64,000 nucleotides of DNA from Felis catus (Eukaryota): positions 140,244,001-140,308,000 of the forward strand of contig NC_058372.1 of NCBI RefSeq assembly GCF_018350175.1. The letters run 5' to 3'. The notes under the pieces are model-generated. The model saw nothing but the letters and a program-made list of their open reading frames with translations, did no database searches and was not told where the DNA came from. Positions 1 through 12,310 of this stretch are shown here, piece after piece. A program made the position numbers and the translations under genes. Positions within the stretch are counted from its first letter, which is position 1; the number at the start of each line of letters is the position of its first letter.

Positions 1-77
1 TGTTTTGGATATACCATGTGTATCTCTTTGGTCCGATTTTCACTTTTTGCTCTTAGGAGTAGGGGCACCTTTTCCTA

Positions 78-97
78 TACAGTTGATCCTTGAACAA
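78..97 (+). mobile_element. Tigger2-like terminal inverted repeat remnant
   Basis: TA followed by CAGTTGATCCTTGAACAA, which matches the recalled Tigger2/MER28 terminus CAGTTGACCCTTGAACAA; the rest of the element is not visible. Confidence 0.45.
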
Positions 98-530
98 TAT
101 ATATATATATTACAATAACAATATACATATATTATATATGTATATACATATATACAATGTATATATACAATATATATATACAATATATNNNNNNNNNNNN
201 NNNNNNNNNNNNNNNNNNNNNNNNNNNNNNNNNNNNNNNNNNNNNNNNNNNNNNNNNNNNNNNNNNNNNNNNNNNNNNNNNNNNNNNNNNNNNNNNNNNN
301 NNNNNNNNNNNNNNNNNNNNNNNNNNNNNNNNNNNNNNNNNNNNNNNNNNNNNNNNNNNNNNNNNNNNNNNNNNNNNNNNNNNNNNNNNNNNNNNNNNNN
401 NNNNNNNNNNNNNTACAATATATATATTACAATAACAATATACATGTTATATATGTATATACATATATACAATAACAATATATATATTACATTATATATA
501 ATATATTATATCATATATTATAATATATAT
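98..530. repeat. AT-rich compound (TA)n/TACA microsatellite spanning an assembly gap (N 189-413)
   Basis: Almost pure A/T with interspersed C on both sides of the gap. Confidence 0.9.
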
Positions 531-722
531 AATGTTTATTTATTCTGAGAGAAAGAGAGCAGGAGAAAGGCAGAGAGAGAGAGGGAGAGAGAGATTCCCA
601 AGCAGGCTCCTCACTGGCAGCTCAGAGTCCAATGCAGGGCTTGATCCTATGAACCATGAGCTCATGACCTGAGCCAAAATCAAGAGTCAGATGCTTAACT
701 GACTGAGCCACCCAGGTGCCCC
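531..722 (-). mobile_element. Can-SINE (SINEC), older subfamily
   Basis: Reverse-complement head ...GAGCCACCCAGGTGCCCC, (GA)n tract and TTTATT tail. Confidence 0.95.
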
Positions 723-993
723 CAAAGCTTATAGTTTTTAATAATAAAGTATATCTGGTTCAATTACAATGTGTTCATTGTTGAAAAGGAAAAAATATAA
801 AAGTAAAAAATACATCACTTATCACTGTCTTTAAAGTCAACCGCTGATAAAATAGGATTCCAGGGCCAAAATGTATGAATGTGATACTATTTCTTAATAA
901 CTTCCCAAACAGATTATGCTACTATATATGTATATATTCCAATCAATAATTTTACATACATTGAATTTAGCCAATTAAAAAATTCTTATCCTT

Positions 994-1210
994 GGGGAAC
1001 CTGAGCGGCTCAGTTGGTTAAGTGTCTGACTCTTGATTTCAGCTCAGGTCATGATCTCACAATTTGCGAGATCAAGCCCCATGTTGGGCTCCCTGATGCT
1101 GGTGTGGAGCCTGCTTGGCATTCGCTCTCTCTCCGCTCCCTCTGCCTCTCTGTCGCATGCTCTCTCTCTCTCTCTCAAAATAAATAAATAAATAAATATT
1201 TAAAAAAAAC
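994..1210 (+). mobile_element. Can-SINE, older subfamily
   Basis: GGGGAACCTGAGCGGCTCAG head, (CT)n, (AAAT)n tail, partial TSD TTATCCTT. Confidence 0.95.
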
Positions 1211-1630
1211 TTTTTTATCCTTTCTTTCAATACCCAATGAGCAGTCACAGTCCCATCTTGTGTGACAACACACTTTCCTCATATTATGTTGGGTTATTTC
1301 TGAGACTCCTCAGGGTACTGTTAGAGTATCCACACATTCATCCCCGCAGATGGCTGTCCCTTCCATTTCAGAATACTGCTCCGGGCCTCTCTGCACATCA
1401 TTCTTCCATTTAGTTAATTCATTCCCGTAACACTATGGCTTACCTGAATCCAGGCCACTGCATGTATAGATATAGGTTTCATACTTAATTTCCTAAATCA
1501 CAGCTAAAATGACGATAGCCCATACAAAGTTTACTAGAGCTAGAAGTTAGAAAATGGAGAATAGAATATACATGAAAAAATGTTTTCCAATTTTTTAGTA
1601 CTTTAAATCTCTTTAAATTTCTCTGCTACT

Positions 1631-1748
1631 TGTCTTAGTCTGTTCGGGCTGTGGTAACAAAAATACCACAAGCTGGGTGGCTTATAAACAACAGAAATTT
1701 ATTTCTCATAGTTCTGGAGGCTGGAAAGTCCAAGATCAAGGCGTCAGC
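1631..1748 (-). mobile_element. MLT1 (MaLR) LTR end fragment
   Basis: TGTCTTAGTCTGTTCGGGCTG...AACAGAAATTTATTTCTCATAGTTCTGGAGGCTGGAAAGTCCAAGATCAAGG is a typical MLT1 terminus. Confidence 0.85.
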
Positions 1749-4700
1749 TTTCATTCTAGACCAAAATGCAACTTGTCATCTTCAGCCAAAGGAAAATATT
1801 ATTATAAAAATTTCACAGAGATAAAATTTTCCCCCAAATGAGACAAACTTATATTACTTGCACATAATTTAATAGACCAATATCTGAAGGTCCTTCATGC
1901 AGATCCTGGTGCTGTTCCCAAGAACTCTGGGCGCCTATATGTATCTGTCTCAACATCCCAAAGTGATGATCTCTTCCACCGTTGGAAAGACAAATGAAGA
2001 ACCTGCTGGGGACAAATTCCAGCTGCCACCCCAGAATGCAGAGATTTCTTAAGACTCACCAAACAGCAAGCTTTTCATTACCAACAATTTTAAGATNNNN
2101 NNNNNNNNNNNNNNNNNNNNNNNNNNNNNNNNNNNNNNNNNNNNNNNNNNNNNNNNNNNNNNNNNNNNNNNNNNNNNNNNNNNNNNNNNNNNNNNNNNNN
2201 NNNNNNNNNNNNNNNNNNNNNNNNNNNNNNNNNNNNNNNNNNNNNNNNNNNNNNNNNNNNNNNNNNNNNNNNNNNNNNNNNNNNNNNNNNNNNNNNNNNN
2301 NNNNNNNNNNNNNNNNNNNNNNNNNNNNNNNNNNNNNNGTGAGATAGCAGTTGTTTGCCCCATATGAAGGGATGAAAATCAGAGCTCATTTTTGTTTGAA
2401 TTCACACTTCTTTGATGGCTCAATTATTTATTCAGGATTTAGATTCTTCACCTGGCTTCAACTCTGTTACCCTTTTCATGTGTCCCCCACTTCCTGGATC
2501 CATGCTCTCAGTTTTCTGGTACAGCCAACTAGCAGACCATAAACCCAGAAGCCAGGAGCCACAAGAGAAAGGGAAAGAAAATGAAGGAAAGAAGATAGTG
2601 TGTAGGACTGACGTATTTCCCCACCCTGGGCACCTGCATGTGTTCCCACGGGAGCCATGTGACCTCTACAAGCAGGATCCACTCTGTTGTGGGATCTGGG
2701 GCCACAGTGAGTTCGTGTCAAGGTTCATTTGGGCTCTTGCTTGTTTTGGAACCAAGCCCCTTGATTTATAAAATGTCGGAAACTATGTCCCCCAAAATTT
2801 TGCTTTCTGCCATTCATTAACTCGGTAGTATTTACTGGCACCAGCTACATGCCAGAAACTCTACTAAATACCATGATCTTAGCAGTGAACCAGACCAACG
2901 CTGCCCTTGCCTTGTCGTCGTGAACACAGACTTGAGACAAATCATTTTGAAAGAGTCAGCAAAAGGTGCTTTCTTTAAGCACAAAAATTCCTGCTTTGTT
3001 TTCCCACTTAGCGCCTCCTTGGCTCACGTTCTCTGGAGCCCTAACACCACCTTGCTTCCCCCAAAGCCTCTCCCTGACCTCAAGGCTCTGCACCCACCTC
3101 CACACGTCTCCCACCAGCCCCCTGCCAGACTAAACCTGTCTCCTGGCCAAGGCTGTGACATTACCACCTGCTAGCACATTCTCTTACTTAGACCCGCCCT
3201 GAAGCCCAGGCCTTCTAGATTTAATGTTCACCTATAATCACCTTCCACCTGAACCTGTCGAGTCCCCAGTAACCAGCCCTAATCTGGAGAGGGGATGGGA
3301 CCAGATACAAGGAAGGAGTCCCATGTATGACATTAATAGGAGCAAAAAAAAAAAAAAAAAAAAAAAAAACACGTAGAGAGAAATCTCCCTGTGGTGAACT
3401 GTAATCTAATATCTAGCTTTCTGAAGAGTGATTACTTGTGTTATTTTTCTTATCGTCACAACCGTATTTGTTATTAAGCTCATCTAAATGAATAAATAGG
3501 CACATAACTTGGGAAGAAAGTCAGTTAGACTTTAATTAAACAACTTGTTTTTCTATCCCAAGAGCTGTTTAATAGAAAATTGTTTTACATACGTGTGTAT
3601 TGAATCAGCTGTCAGTGTCAGCTGATTTGGAATAAAGTTCTTTGGTAGAAAACAGAGCATAAGCTACTCTGCATAACTGATATTAACAATTTGTAATTAA
3701 TGGACCGACTTTATGGGGATTGTAGGCTTGAGAGAGGTGGAGAGGTATACTTCTAATCTTACATTTTTTAGCAGAGGTTATAAAGGTCGGCACCATTGAT
3801 CCAAAGGAAAGAAACATACGCCAGCCTCCAATGCATAAAAATTGTTGACTTTGCCGATTTTTAAAAAATTGATCCCTCAATTAGTACAATGAAGGGAAAA
3901 TTACTTTGTAGCTGCCAGAGAAAGTTAAAACCACAAATATCTTTGTTGGAGCAATGATGCATTGTGATATAAAATGGAACTGTGGGCACAGAGTGGAGCT
4001 GCACGTATTTATTTGCTAGATCTGCTGATGTTATCCCTTTCTATACATAAGCAACAGCAAAAAAAAAAAAAAAAAAATCAAACATGCAGTAAGGCACTGG
4101 AAGAACATCACTGGAATTTTATCTGCTCAAGGCTTTGGGAATATGACTTTCCCTCGATTTTATCAGTACAGAACACAACATAGTTTCTATTCTAAAGGGA
4201 TACATTGATCACAACCTCACAAAAGAGGTATGCATCATACTCCAACAGAGAACTCTGCTACTCCACATTCTGATATTGTTACCTATTCTGTCATCAACAT
4301 ACGGCTTCCGCTTCTCTCTCATGCTCGCCTGAAGGCTCTCCTTTAAGCCACAAGCCAGAAATTTGGTCTGCAATAAAGAACAGCCTCAGAGCTCACGAAA
4401 AGGACTCTGCCGGGTATTTTTTAACAATTGATATTTCAGAAAATAGACTTAGAAGGTGACATCGCTTAGAAAATTGCAGAGGGACGTGGGATTTCCAGGA
4501 TGCTTTGTAATTCAGTACCAGATAATTTTATAGAAGCCAACTGATGACTCAAGCTCTAATGGAAGAAGAATAAATTAAGAATGACTGAAGGAACTCAAGA
4601 AGAACATCTAATTGTGATCATTTATTTTGGAATAATGCTGGTAGGGTTTTTAGTGTTCTATTTTCTGGCTATATGGGAAGGCGCTTTCTTTCTTGATCTC

Positions 4701-5144
4701 AGCTGCTTTCCTTTTTTTTTTTCTTTTTAATTGTTGTAAAACATTTATAACAAAAAGATTTGCCATCTTAACTATGTTTCAGAGTGCAATTCAGTGGCAT
4801 TAATTACGTTCACGATGTTGGGCAAGCATCATCATATCTATTTCCAAAACTTTGTCATTGCCCCAAATAGAAACTCTGTTCTCCATTCTCCAGCTCCTGG
4901 TAACCTCTAATCTATTTGCTGTCTCTATAAATTTTCTTGTTCGAGAGACGTCATGCAAGTGGAATTATACAATATAGTTGATACACTCTTATNNNNNNNN
5001 NNNNNNNNNNNNNNNNNNNNNNNNNNNNNNNNNNNNNNNNNNNNNNNNNNNNNNNNNNNNNNNNNNNNNNNNNNNNNNNNNNNNNNNNNNNNNNNNNNNN
5101 NNNNNNNNNNNNNNNNNNNNNNNNNNNNNNNNNNNNNNNNNNNN

Positions 5145-5435
5145 ATAAAACAGAATAATTATAACAATATACTATAATAAATCTATGGGAATGTGGTCTC
5201 TTTCTCTTTCAAAACTGTGCCTAAACCCTTTTCCTTCTTGTAAAGACGTGAGATGATAAAACACCTACGTGATGACATGAAATGAGGGGAATGACCTAGG
5301 CACTGAGACATAGCATTGGGTTGCTATTGACTTTCTGGCCATATGTCGGAAGGAGGACCATCTGTTTCTGGACTGCGGTTGACCACAGGTAACTGAGACC
5401 ACAGAGAGCAAAAGGTGAGATCACGGATGGCCCGG
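5145..5435 (-). mobile_element. MER44/Tigger7-type DNA transposon fragment
   Basis: GGAGGACCATCTGTTTCTGGACTGCGGTTGACCACAGGTAACTGAGACC matches the recalled MER44 terminus in reverse. Confidence 0.75.
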
Positions 5436-5540
5436 GGGAGGGGAGGATTATATTTGAATTTTTACATCCGGCTTATTTCACTTGGCATAAGATTTTTCAA
5501 GTTTCATCTATTTTGTAGCATTTATCAGAACTTCACTGTT

Positions 5541-5751
5541 TTTTTTTAAGTTTATTTATTTATTTTTGAGAAGGAGAGAGAGAGAGCGCATGGTGGAGGG
5601 GAAGAAAAAAAGGAGGGAGCGAGAATCCCAAGCAGGCTCTGCACAGTCAGCCTAGAGATCGATCCAGGGCTCAAAGTCACGAACCTCAAAATCATGACCT
5701 GAGCCAAAATCCAGAGTCAGATGCTTAACCGACTGAGCCACCCAGGCACCC
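5541..5751 (-). mobile_element. Can-SINE
   Basis: Full element; 15-bp TSD CAGAACTTCACTGTT (5526-5540) / CAGAACATCACTGTT (5752-5766). Confidence 0.95.
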
Positions 5752-5999
5752 CAGAACATCACTGTTTATAGCTGAATAACATTCTATTATGTGTATATAT
5801 TACATTTTCTTTATCCATTCATCACGTTGATAGACATCCAGATTGTTTCCACCTTTGGCTGTTGTGAATAATTCTGCAGTGAGCAAGTATCTGCTTGAGG
5901 CCCTGTTGTAATTCTTTGGGGTATATACTTAAGAAAGGAATTGCTGGGTCATCTTCTTGATCTATGTCTAATCTCAGTTTAATAACTGTATGTTTGCCT

Positions 6000-6640
6000 T
6001 TTGTTCCCTCTAACTCCTCCAAATTCAGAAACAAATACTTCCATTGAGTTTCTTTACCTTTAATGGCCAGGTAATTATTTGCATTCATTTACTGAAACTA
6101 ATCAGAATGTAATTGAACAAACTTTTTAATAAAGGCTGTACCTGGAGTGTCATGTTTCGGAATAAATCTCACTTATTCAGATATGAAAAACCCACCATTA
6201 AGGGTCAAGGTTCGCACTTCATGGGTGGAACCAACGCCTACAAAGTTCTCCTTGAAAACTGTTCTCATGTTTGTTCTGTCTTACAGGGTCCCAGACTTAC
6301 AGGGAGACATTAGGAGAAACCTTAGGAGATTGGAGACATTTCAGAAAGAGGAACTCACACAGATTCCTAGGTACTTCAGGCAGAATCTGACAGAGATAGA
6401 TTTCTGGGGGTTGGCTTTTTAGCCTCAAAATAGAAGAAATACAAGCAATGATTTATTTAAGCACTGGGGAATAGAGATTATTGAAAAATCCAATCTTGGG
6501 TTTTTATAAAATCTTTGACAATGTTTTTTATTTTGATGGTTGCTTAATACCATATGACTCTAGACTTGATGACTATCCTATAGTGCGTATATGTATTCAT
6601 TAATATTGAATGCTGCACCCATGAGGCCACGCCTTTTTGA
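6000..6640 (+). mobile_element. Orphan ERV1 (MER4-group) internal fragment
   Basis: 6170-6420 aligns by eye with the reverse complement of 48650-48900 inside the provirus (CAGATATGA...AAGGTT..ACTT.ATG..GGAACCAA; GGAA..CA..CA.AT...TAGGT). Confidence 0.55.
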
Positions 6641-6814
6641 AACAAGAATATTCCATGGAGAAAATTTATAAACACACATCTTAAAAATCCAGAACTTGGA
6701 AATAGATGAAAAGATGGCTCATATCCTTTCCAATCATACCCAGAGCATTATCCAACAGGACTACCCAACGATTGTTTGATTCTCTAAGCATATATGCTTT
6801 AATCATTTACTATT

Positions 6815-7024
6815 GGGGCGCCTGGGTGGCGCAGTCGGTTAAGCGTCCGACTTCAGCCAGGTCACGATCTCGCGGTCCGTGAGTTCGAGCCCCGCGTCGG
6901 GCTCTGGGCTGATGGCTCAGAGCCTGGAGCCTGCTTCCGATTCTGTGTTTCCCTCTCTCTCTGCCCCTCCCCCATTCATGCTCTGTCTCTCTCTGTCTCA
7001 AAAATAAATAAACATTAAAAAAAA
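6815..7024 (+). mobile_element. Young felid SINEC_Fc copy
   Basis: GGGGCGCCTGGGTGGCGCAGTCGGTTAAGCGTCCGACTTCAGCCAGG head with CpGs intact; perfect 17-bp TSD TTTAATCATTTACTATT (6798-6814, 7025-7041). Confidence 0.98.
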
Positions 7025-7379
7025 TTTAATCATTTACTATTAATTAGGGTATGCTACAAATCTATAAGGATAGACTTCACGCTGTATAAAAATAATAATT
7101 ACTCAAATTATTTTTGTCATATGGGCAATGCAAATGAATTTTACCCTGCAGATAAGCAAATGGCTTCTGTCTGGTTAAGAAGTGTTCATCACAAAGGTGA
7201 GAGTTGTATTGCTTATAACTGTGATATTCTCCAGTCTTGTGCATTAACCAGTTTTGTATGGGATGTGGCACTTTTTCTTTCAGGACTAGATACTTCTGTC
7301 CCTCTTACACTTTTTAGAGCCAGCTCACCAGCTTTTTAATTTTCTCATTCATGATTTAAATAAATCTTTGACATGTGCT

Positions 7380-10300
7380 CATTCAAAAAAAGAAAAAGTG
7401 AACGGCAGGTTAGACTAGCTGCAGACTTTGATGAAAATCAGAAGGTTCAGATTACAACGGAACAATATCCTCAAAGCGCCCAGAGAAAATCATGGTCAAC
7501 TTAGGTATTTTCAGATAACTGAAGATAAAGAAAATTCTATCAATCCAATAGAAGTGAGGAAAAGAAGGGAAAGAGACAAAGAAAAAGGACAGTAAACCAG
7601 ACAGGGTAAATTAGATAGTGGAAGTAAATACAAACACACTTTGTAACTTTAAAAATGTAAATAAATGCTTCTATTAAAGATGGGGAGGGGCGCCTGGGTG
7701 GCTCAGTTAGTTAAGCATTGGACTTCAGCTCAGGTCAGGATCTCAAGGTTGGTGGGTTCAAACCCCTCCTTGTTAGGCTCTGTGCTGACTGCTCAGAGCC
7801 TGGAGCCTGCTTGGGATTCTGTGTCTCCCACTCTCTTTGCCCCTCCTCTACTCACACTTTCTCTCTGTCAAAAAAAAATAAACATTTTTTTTAATGGGGA
7901 TTATTACGTGGATTTTATTCAGCTATCTGGTGTTTTCAAAAGCTACCTAAAACAAAACCTCATGAAAATATTTAAAATAAATACACAGCAAATTATATTC
8001 CAGACAAATACCAAAAAGCAATAAATTCCAACACAGAAAATTATTATCAGACAAAATAGAATTTCAAGAAAAATAATCAATAGACGTAAAAAGCTACTGT
8101 GTAACAACAAAGGGAAACTTTCTAACAATGAAGCATGAAAATCATGAAATTGCATGCACTCATGCGCATAGCTACAAAATACATAGAGCCCAGAAGTGAC
8201 AGGATTACAATGCAAAGTTGACATACCTCTATCAAACAGAAACACCTAGTTAAGAAAATATTATTGAGGCTAAAGATTTTAATGACAAAATTAAGTTTAA
8301 TGTAAAAGCAAACATGAAATATTTGCAAAGAATGCCCTGCCTACTAGATCATGAGGATATTATGATAAATTTCAAGAACTCGTGCATATTTTAGGCACTG
8401 ATATTCTGCTGAGAAGAAATTCCCTGATAACAACCCAGTTTAACTGAAAATAAAACAATAAAGAAATGGCAAATGTTATACATGCCTGGATCCATCTTGG
8501 TCCCTTCCCCCCCCCCGTGTATTATGTAATAATGTATAGTTTAAAGAAAAGATCACAATAAAAATTGCAACATACTTGGAACAAAACAGCATTAAAAACT
8601 ACTATGTACCATAACTTAGGAAATAGAGCCAGATGTGACTTAAATAGAAAAATGTATGGTCTCGGTATTTTTTTTTAATATTGAAAATAAATTAACTAAG
8701 TATTCAGTTTCTGAATCTGGAGAAAAATCAATGAATTCAAATATAAGAAGAAAGGAATATGTATGAGCCAAAATAAATAAAATTGACCGGAAAATATAGA
8801 CATCATTTGTAAGACACATATATTTTAAAAATTACGTAGCACATAAAAATCTGGCAATATTAGTCAGGAAAAAAGAAATCAAGAGATCAATCAAAAAGAA
8901 AAGAAATAACGACTTTAGGGGAAAATGGGAAATAACTATCAATACATTTGAGATTTTTAAAGCCAACAGAGTATCATCAACAATTTCATGCCAGTACACT
9001 GAGAACTTAGTCAAATGTATAATTTTTGAGAAAAATGTGAATTAATAAAGTTATTTTATAAACAAGATGATTTATAAACCATTATATATAAATTTATTTT
9101 GATATTTTCCTCCAAGGGGAACTCAGAGCGGTTACCAAATCTTCAACAAATAATATTTACATAATCTATAAAGCAATTTCAAAGAATAGAAAAAAGGAGA
9201 AATTTTCCTAGAGATCAAAACATGACATGAACAGTTCAAGAAAGGAAAATTATAGGTTAATTTCATAAAGTAGTTGTAAAAAAAATCCTAAATAAAATAT
9301 TAGCAAGCACAATCTATTAATATAACATTTTGTAAAAATTGGTGAAATATAACAGCAACAAAACCCCAGAATGACCAAGTACAGTTTATTCCAGAAATGC
9401 AAAGATAATTTGCTATTACAAAAACTTCACACATTAATAGATTGAGGAAAATTAGGTGACCATCTAAATAAGTGAAAAACAAAAATTAATCAAATTTCAC
9501 AGCTCATGAATAACCAATGCTTTTAATATTCTAAAACTATAAGGTCTCATGAAGGATTTCTACCAAAAGTCTACAACAAACCTTACAGAGAATGGGGGGC
9601 ACTTCAAGAATTTTCTCAGGCATCACCATTTTTATCATTCACAGTCCGGGGAGGGCTGAGTAAAAGCAATAACCACCACCAACAAAATGAATCAAATTTT
9701 TAAGAACTGGAAAAGAAAAACCGCAATTTTCATTACTTACAGATAATGCAATTATCTACAGAGAAAAACCAAGAAAATTTTCAAAAACATCATTAGAATC
9801 AAATGTATTCTAATGTATTGCATTTACAGACTAATTTGGAGAGACACCCGAGCTGAATTTTTATCATGCTGACACTTTCCATCTATGAATAGGGTGCGCT
9901 TCTCCATTTATTTAGGTCTTCAAATAATGTATTCAAATACATTAGAAAATGTATCGAGATTGCTGGATTCAGGCCCACCACATAAAATTTGTATTTTTCT
10001 CTGCCACAGCATAAAATATTTAACCTAATCATTAAAAACAAACAAAAGTCTACTCTGTAGTAACTTTTTTCTTTCCTCCTGGAAGCCTATAGGTTTTTAG
10101 TCTTTATCACCCACTTTAATGAATTTCACAGGATGTGCTTGGATTCTGTCTTTTCTCCTCAATCCTCCTTACAACTTGGGGAATTTTTCAGTCTCCAGAT
10201 TAAGTCTCACCCCACCTCATGCATATTTCCTTTCAGGGCTTCTTTACTAATATGGAATCACTTTTACTAATTATTTACTAATTATTCACATATTCAGTCT

Positions 10301-11100
10301 TGGGAATGTATCCCTGTCTCTTCTCCCTCATCATTTCAGCCTCTTTATACATTTGCTCTGTGCTCTGAAGTCATTCTTGTGCTTCATCTCCCAGTCTACT
10401 GATTAGGGTCCCAACAATCTCTCCATTCACTGTCACCAGAAGCCTGGTGCCCAGCGGGATATCTCTCAGCTGAGATTTAAATAGAACCTGAGGCCTCATC
10501 TATGTTACAGGGCATAAAGTTGTATGTATCCAATGGCTCAAGGGACACAAGTAGCTTGGGGCACAGGGAATGAGGGAAACGTAATTAGTTTACGTGTTTC
10601 CATTCACACCCCTTGACCAAAAGATCCCATTCACAATAGCACCAAAATACAAGATGTTGCAGATATGTGCAATCAATGCAACAAAAATGTAACAAGTTAT
10701 GAGGGGAAAAATCCTAAAACATTATTGAAGGACTTCAAAGAAGACCTAAATAAATGGAGAGGTATTCATAGGCGGAAAGGGTCCGCATGATAAGAATTTA
10801 ATTTGGATGTCTCTCCAAATTAGTCTATAAATTCAATGCAGTTCTAACAAAAATTGCACCACATATGTATGGAGCTTGATGGATTGAATCTAAAATTCAT
10901 ATGGAAGATTATAAGTTCAGGAAAAGCTAAGACAACTCTCAAAAAATAAAAGAGAGATGAAATTTGCCATATGACACAACGAGGCTTATTTTAAGGTTAG
11001 AATAATTAAGACAGTGTGATATTAGGCACAGTGAGAGAATTATAGATAATTGGAATAGCAGTGAAGGACAACTAATAAATTCAAATATATTTGGGAGTTT
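7380..11100 (+). mobile_element. Degenerate old L1M (ORF1 end and ORF2 relics) with an inverted inner block
   Basis: A-rich L1 ORF2-like text, e.g. GAAGACCTAAATAAATGGAGAGGTATTCA at ~10740 and AAATTCATATGGAAG; no open frame. Confidence 0.75.
7687..7892 (+). mobile_element. Can-SINE
   Basis: GGGGCGCCTGGGTGGCTCAG head, body and A tail. Confidence 0.95.
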
Positions 11101-11959
11101 ATCATATGACCATGGGGTCAATCTACCAGTGGGTGAGATTAAATATGCTTCAATTTCTATATCATTTTTAGCTAAAACTGAAAGAGAAGTTAATCTTGAT
11201 CAATATTTAATATGCACACTATATTGCATCTTTATTAGGTACTATGTCAGCAGACAGGGGTCTCTTATGGCGGGTAAGTACCCTGAGAAAGGCAGGAATA
11301 CCACAACACAGAAGAGTTGCCCTCAACCACCATGAACAGACCTTAAAAATGCCCCAGATTAAATGTAGAGATAATACCACACTTAAAATACATCAAAATA
11401 CATTCACTATACATATATATATATATATATAAGATCATTGCAGCAAAGACACTGAAGCCAGAAATGTATCAAGGGCCACAGATTATTGTTTATGTGGCCT
11501 ATTTTGTCAAAGTCTTTACAATCCAGTAGAAAATATATGGTATTTCACAATGAAATAGGTGAGAGATGGTGCAAATGTGTTGTTCTACAAAGAAGTTCGT
11601 GCTTTAGTTTGTGGCAAGTTATTTTAAATAATTGTCAAATTTACAGTTGAGCTGCACATAATTCTTTTACGAAGTGACAAGTGTTCCCAGTTTGCTGACC
11701 TTTTCTACGATGAAAAGCAGCTCTAAGTAGTTTGCTACTAAAAAAAAAAAAAAGAAAAGAAAAAAAAAACAGTTTCAGGAAAAAAAAATCATATTTAATC
11801 TGCCCCTTAAAAAGCAAGAGAACTTTTTAACAACAGTTGAAAGAGAAACTGCTTTTCAAAACTCAGTCTATGGATTAAGCATTTTGCAAAAAGATATTTG
11901 GGAACATTTCCATGAATATGCAGCCTTACTGCAGTAACAGTATAAATATCTCTTCTATA

Positions 11960-12310
11960 AAATATACCGTATATGCATCTTTAAAACTGTAGAAACATAA
12001 TTTTCCAACCAGCTTAACAATCATACCAATGAAACACGTCTGCGGGTTTTGAACCAGACCCCCCGCCACGTGGGAGGTTTGATGGGGAACAAAGCCCATG
12101 TCATCACAGAGCAGAAGGCAGATGAGTAGACCAGTCATTACTGCCAGGTGCAGAAAGTGCTCTCCGAGGAGGAGGGCTCCTAATTCAGTCTCGAGGGGGA
12201 AATGAAAGCTTCCTGATAGAAGTGATATCACAGTTGAAATCTGAAGGATACGCATGAAAAGGTGGGTTAGAGAAGGAGGTAGTAAAGAAACGTGGGATGA
12301 GGAAAGCTCA
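11960..12310 (-). mobile_element. L2 fragment
   Basis: GAAAGCTTCCTGATAGAAGTGATATCACAGTTGAAATCTGAAGGAT is an L2 3'-region motif. Confidence 0.6.

Larger units (their letters stand above)
4731..5960 (-). mobile_element. L1M (L1MB-like) 3' end fragment interrupted by MER44 and a SINE
   Basis: ...AATTCAGTGGCATTAATTACGTTCACGATGTTG... and ...GTTTCCACCTTTGGCTGTTGTGAATAA...GGAATTGCTGGGTCA are L1M 3' motifs. Confidence 0.8.

Noticed and set aside
3343-3369. Isolated poly(A) runs (also ~4057, 11740, 22250, 27049) as processed-pseudogene tails
   Set aside because: No upstream mRNA-like ORF, poly(A) signal plus TSD combination, or recognisable gene was seen.
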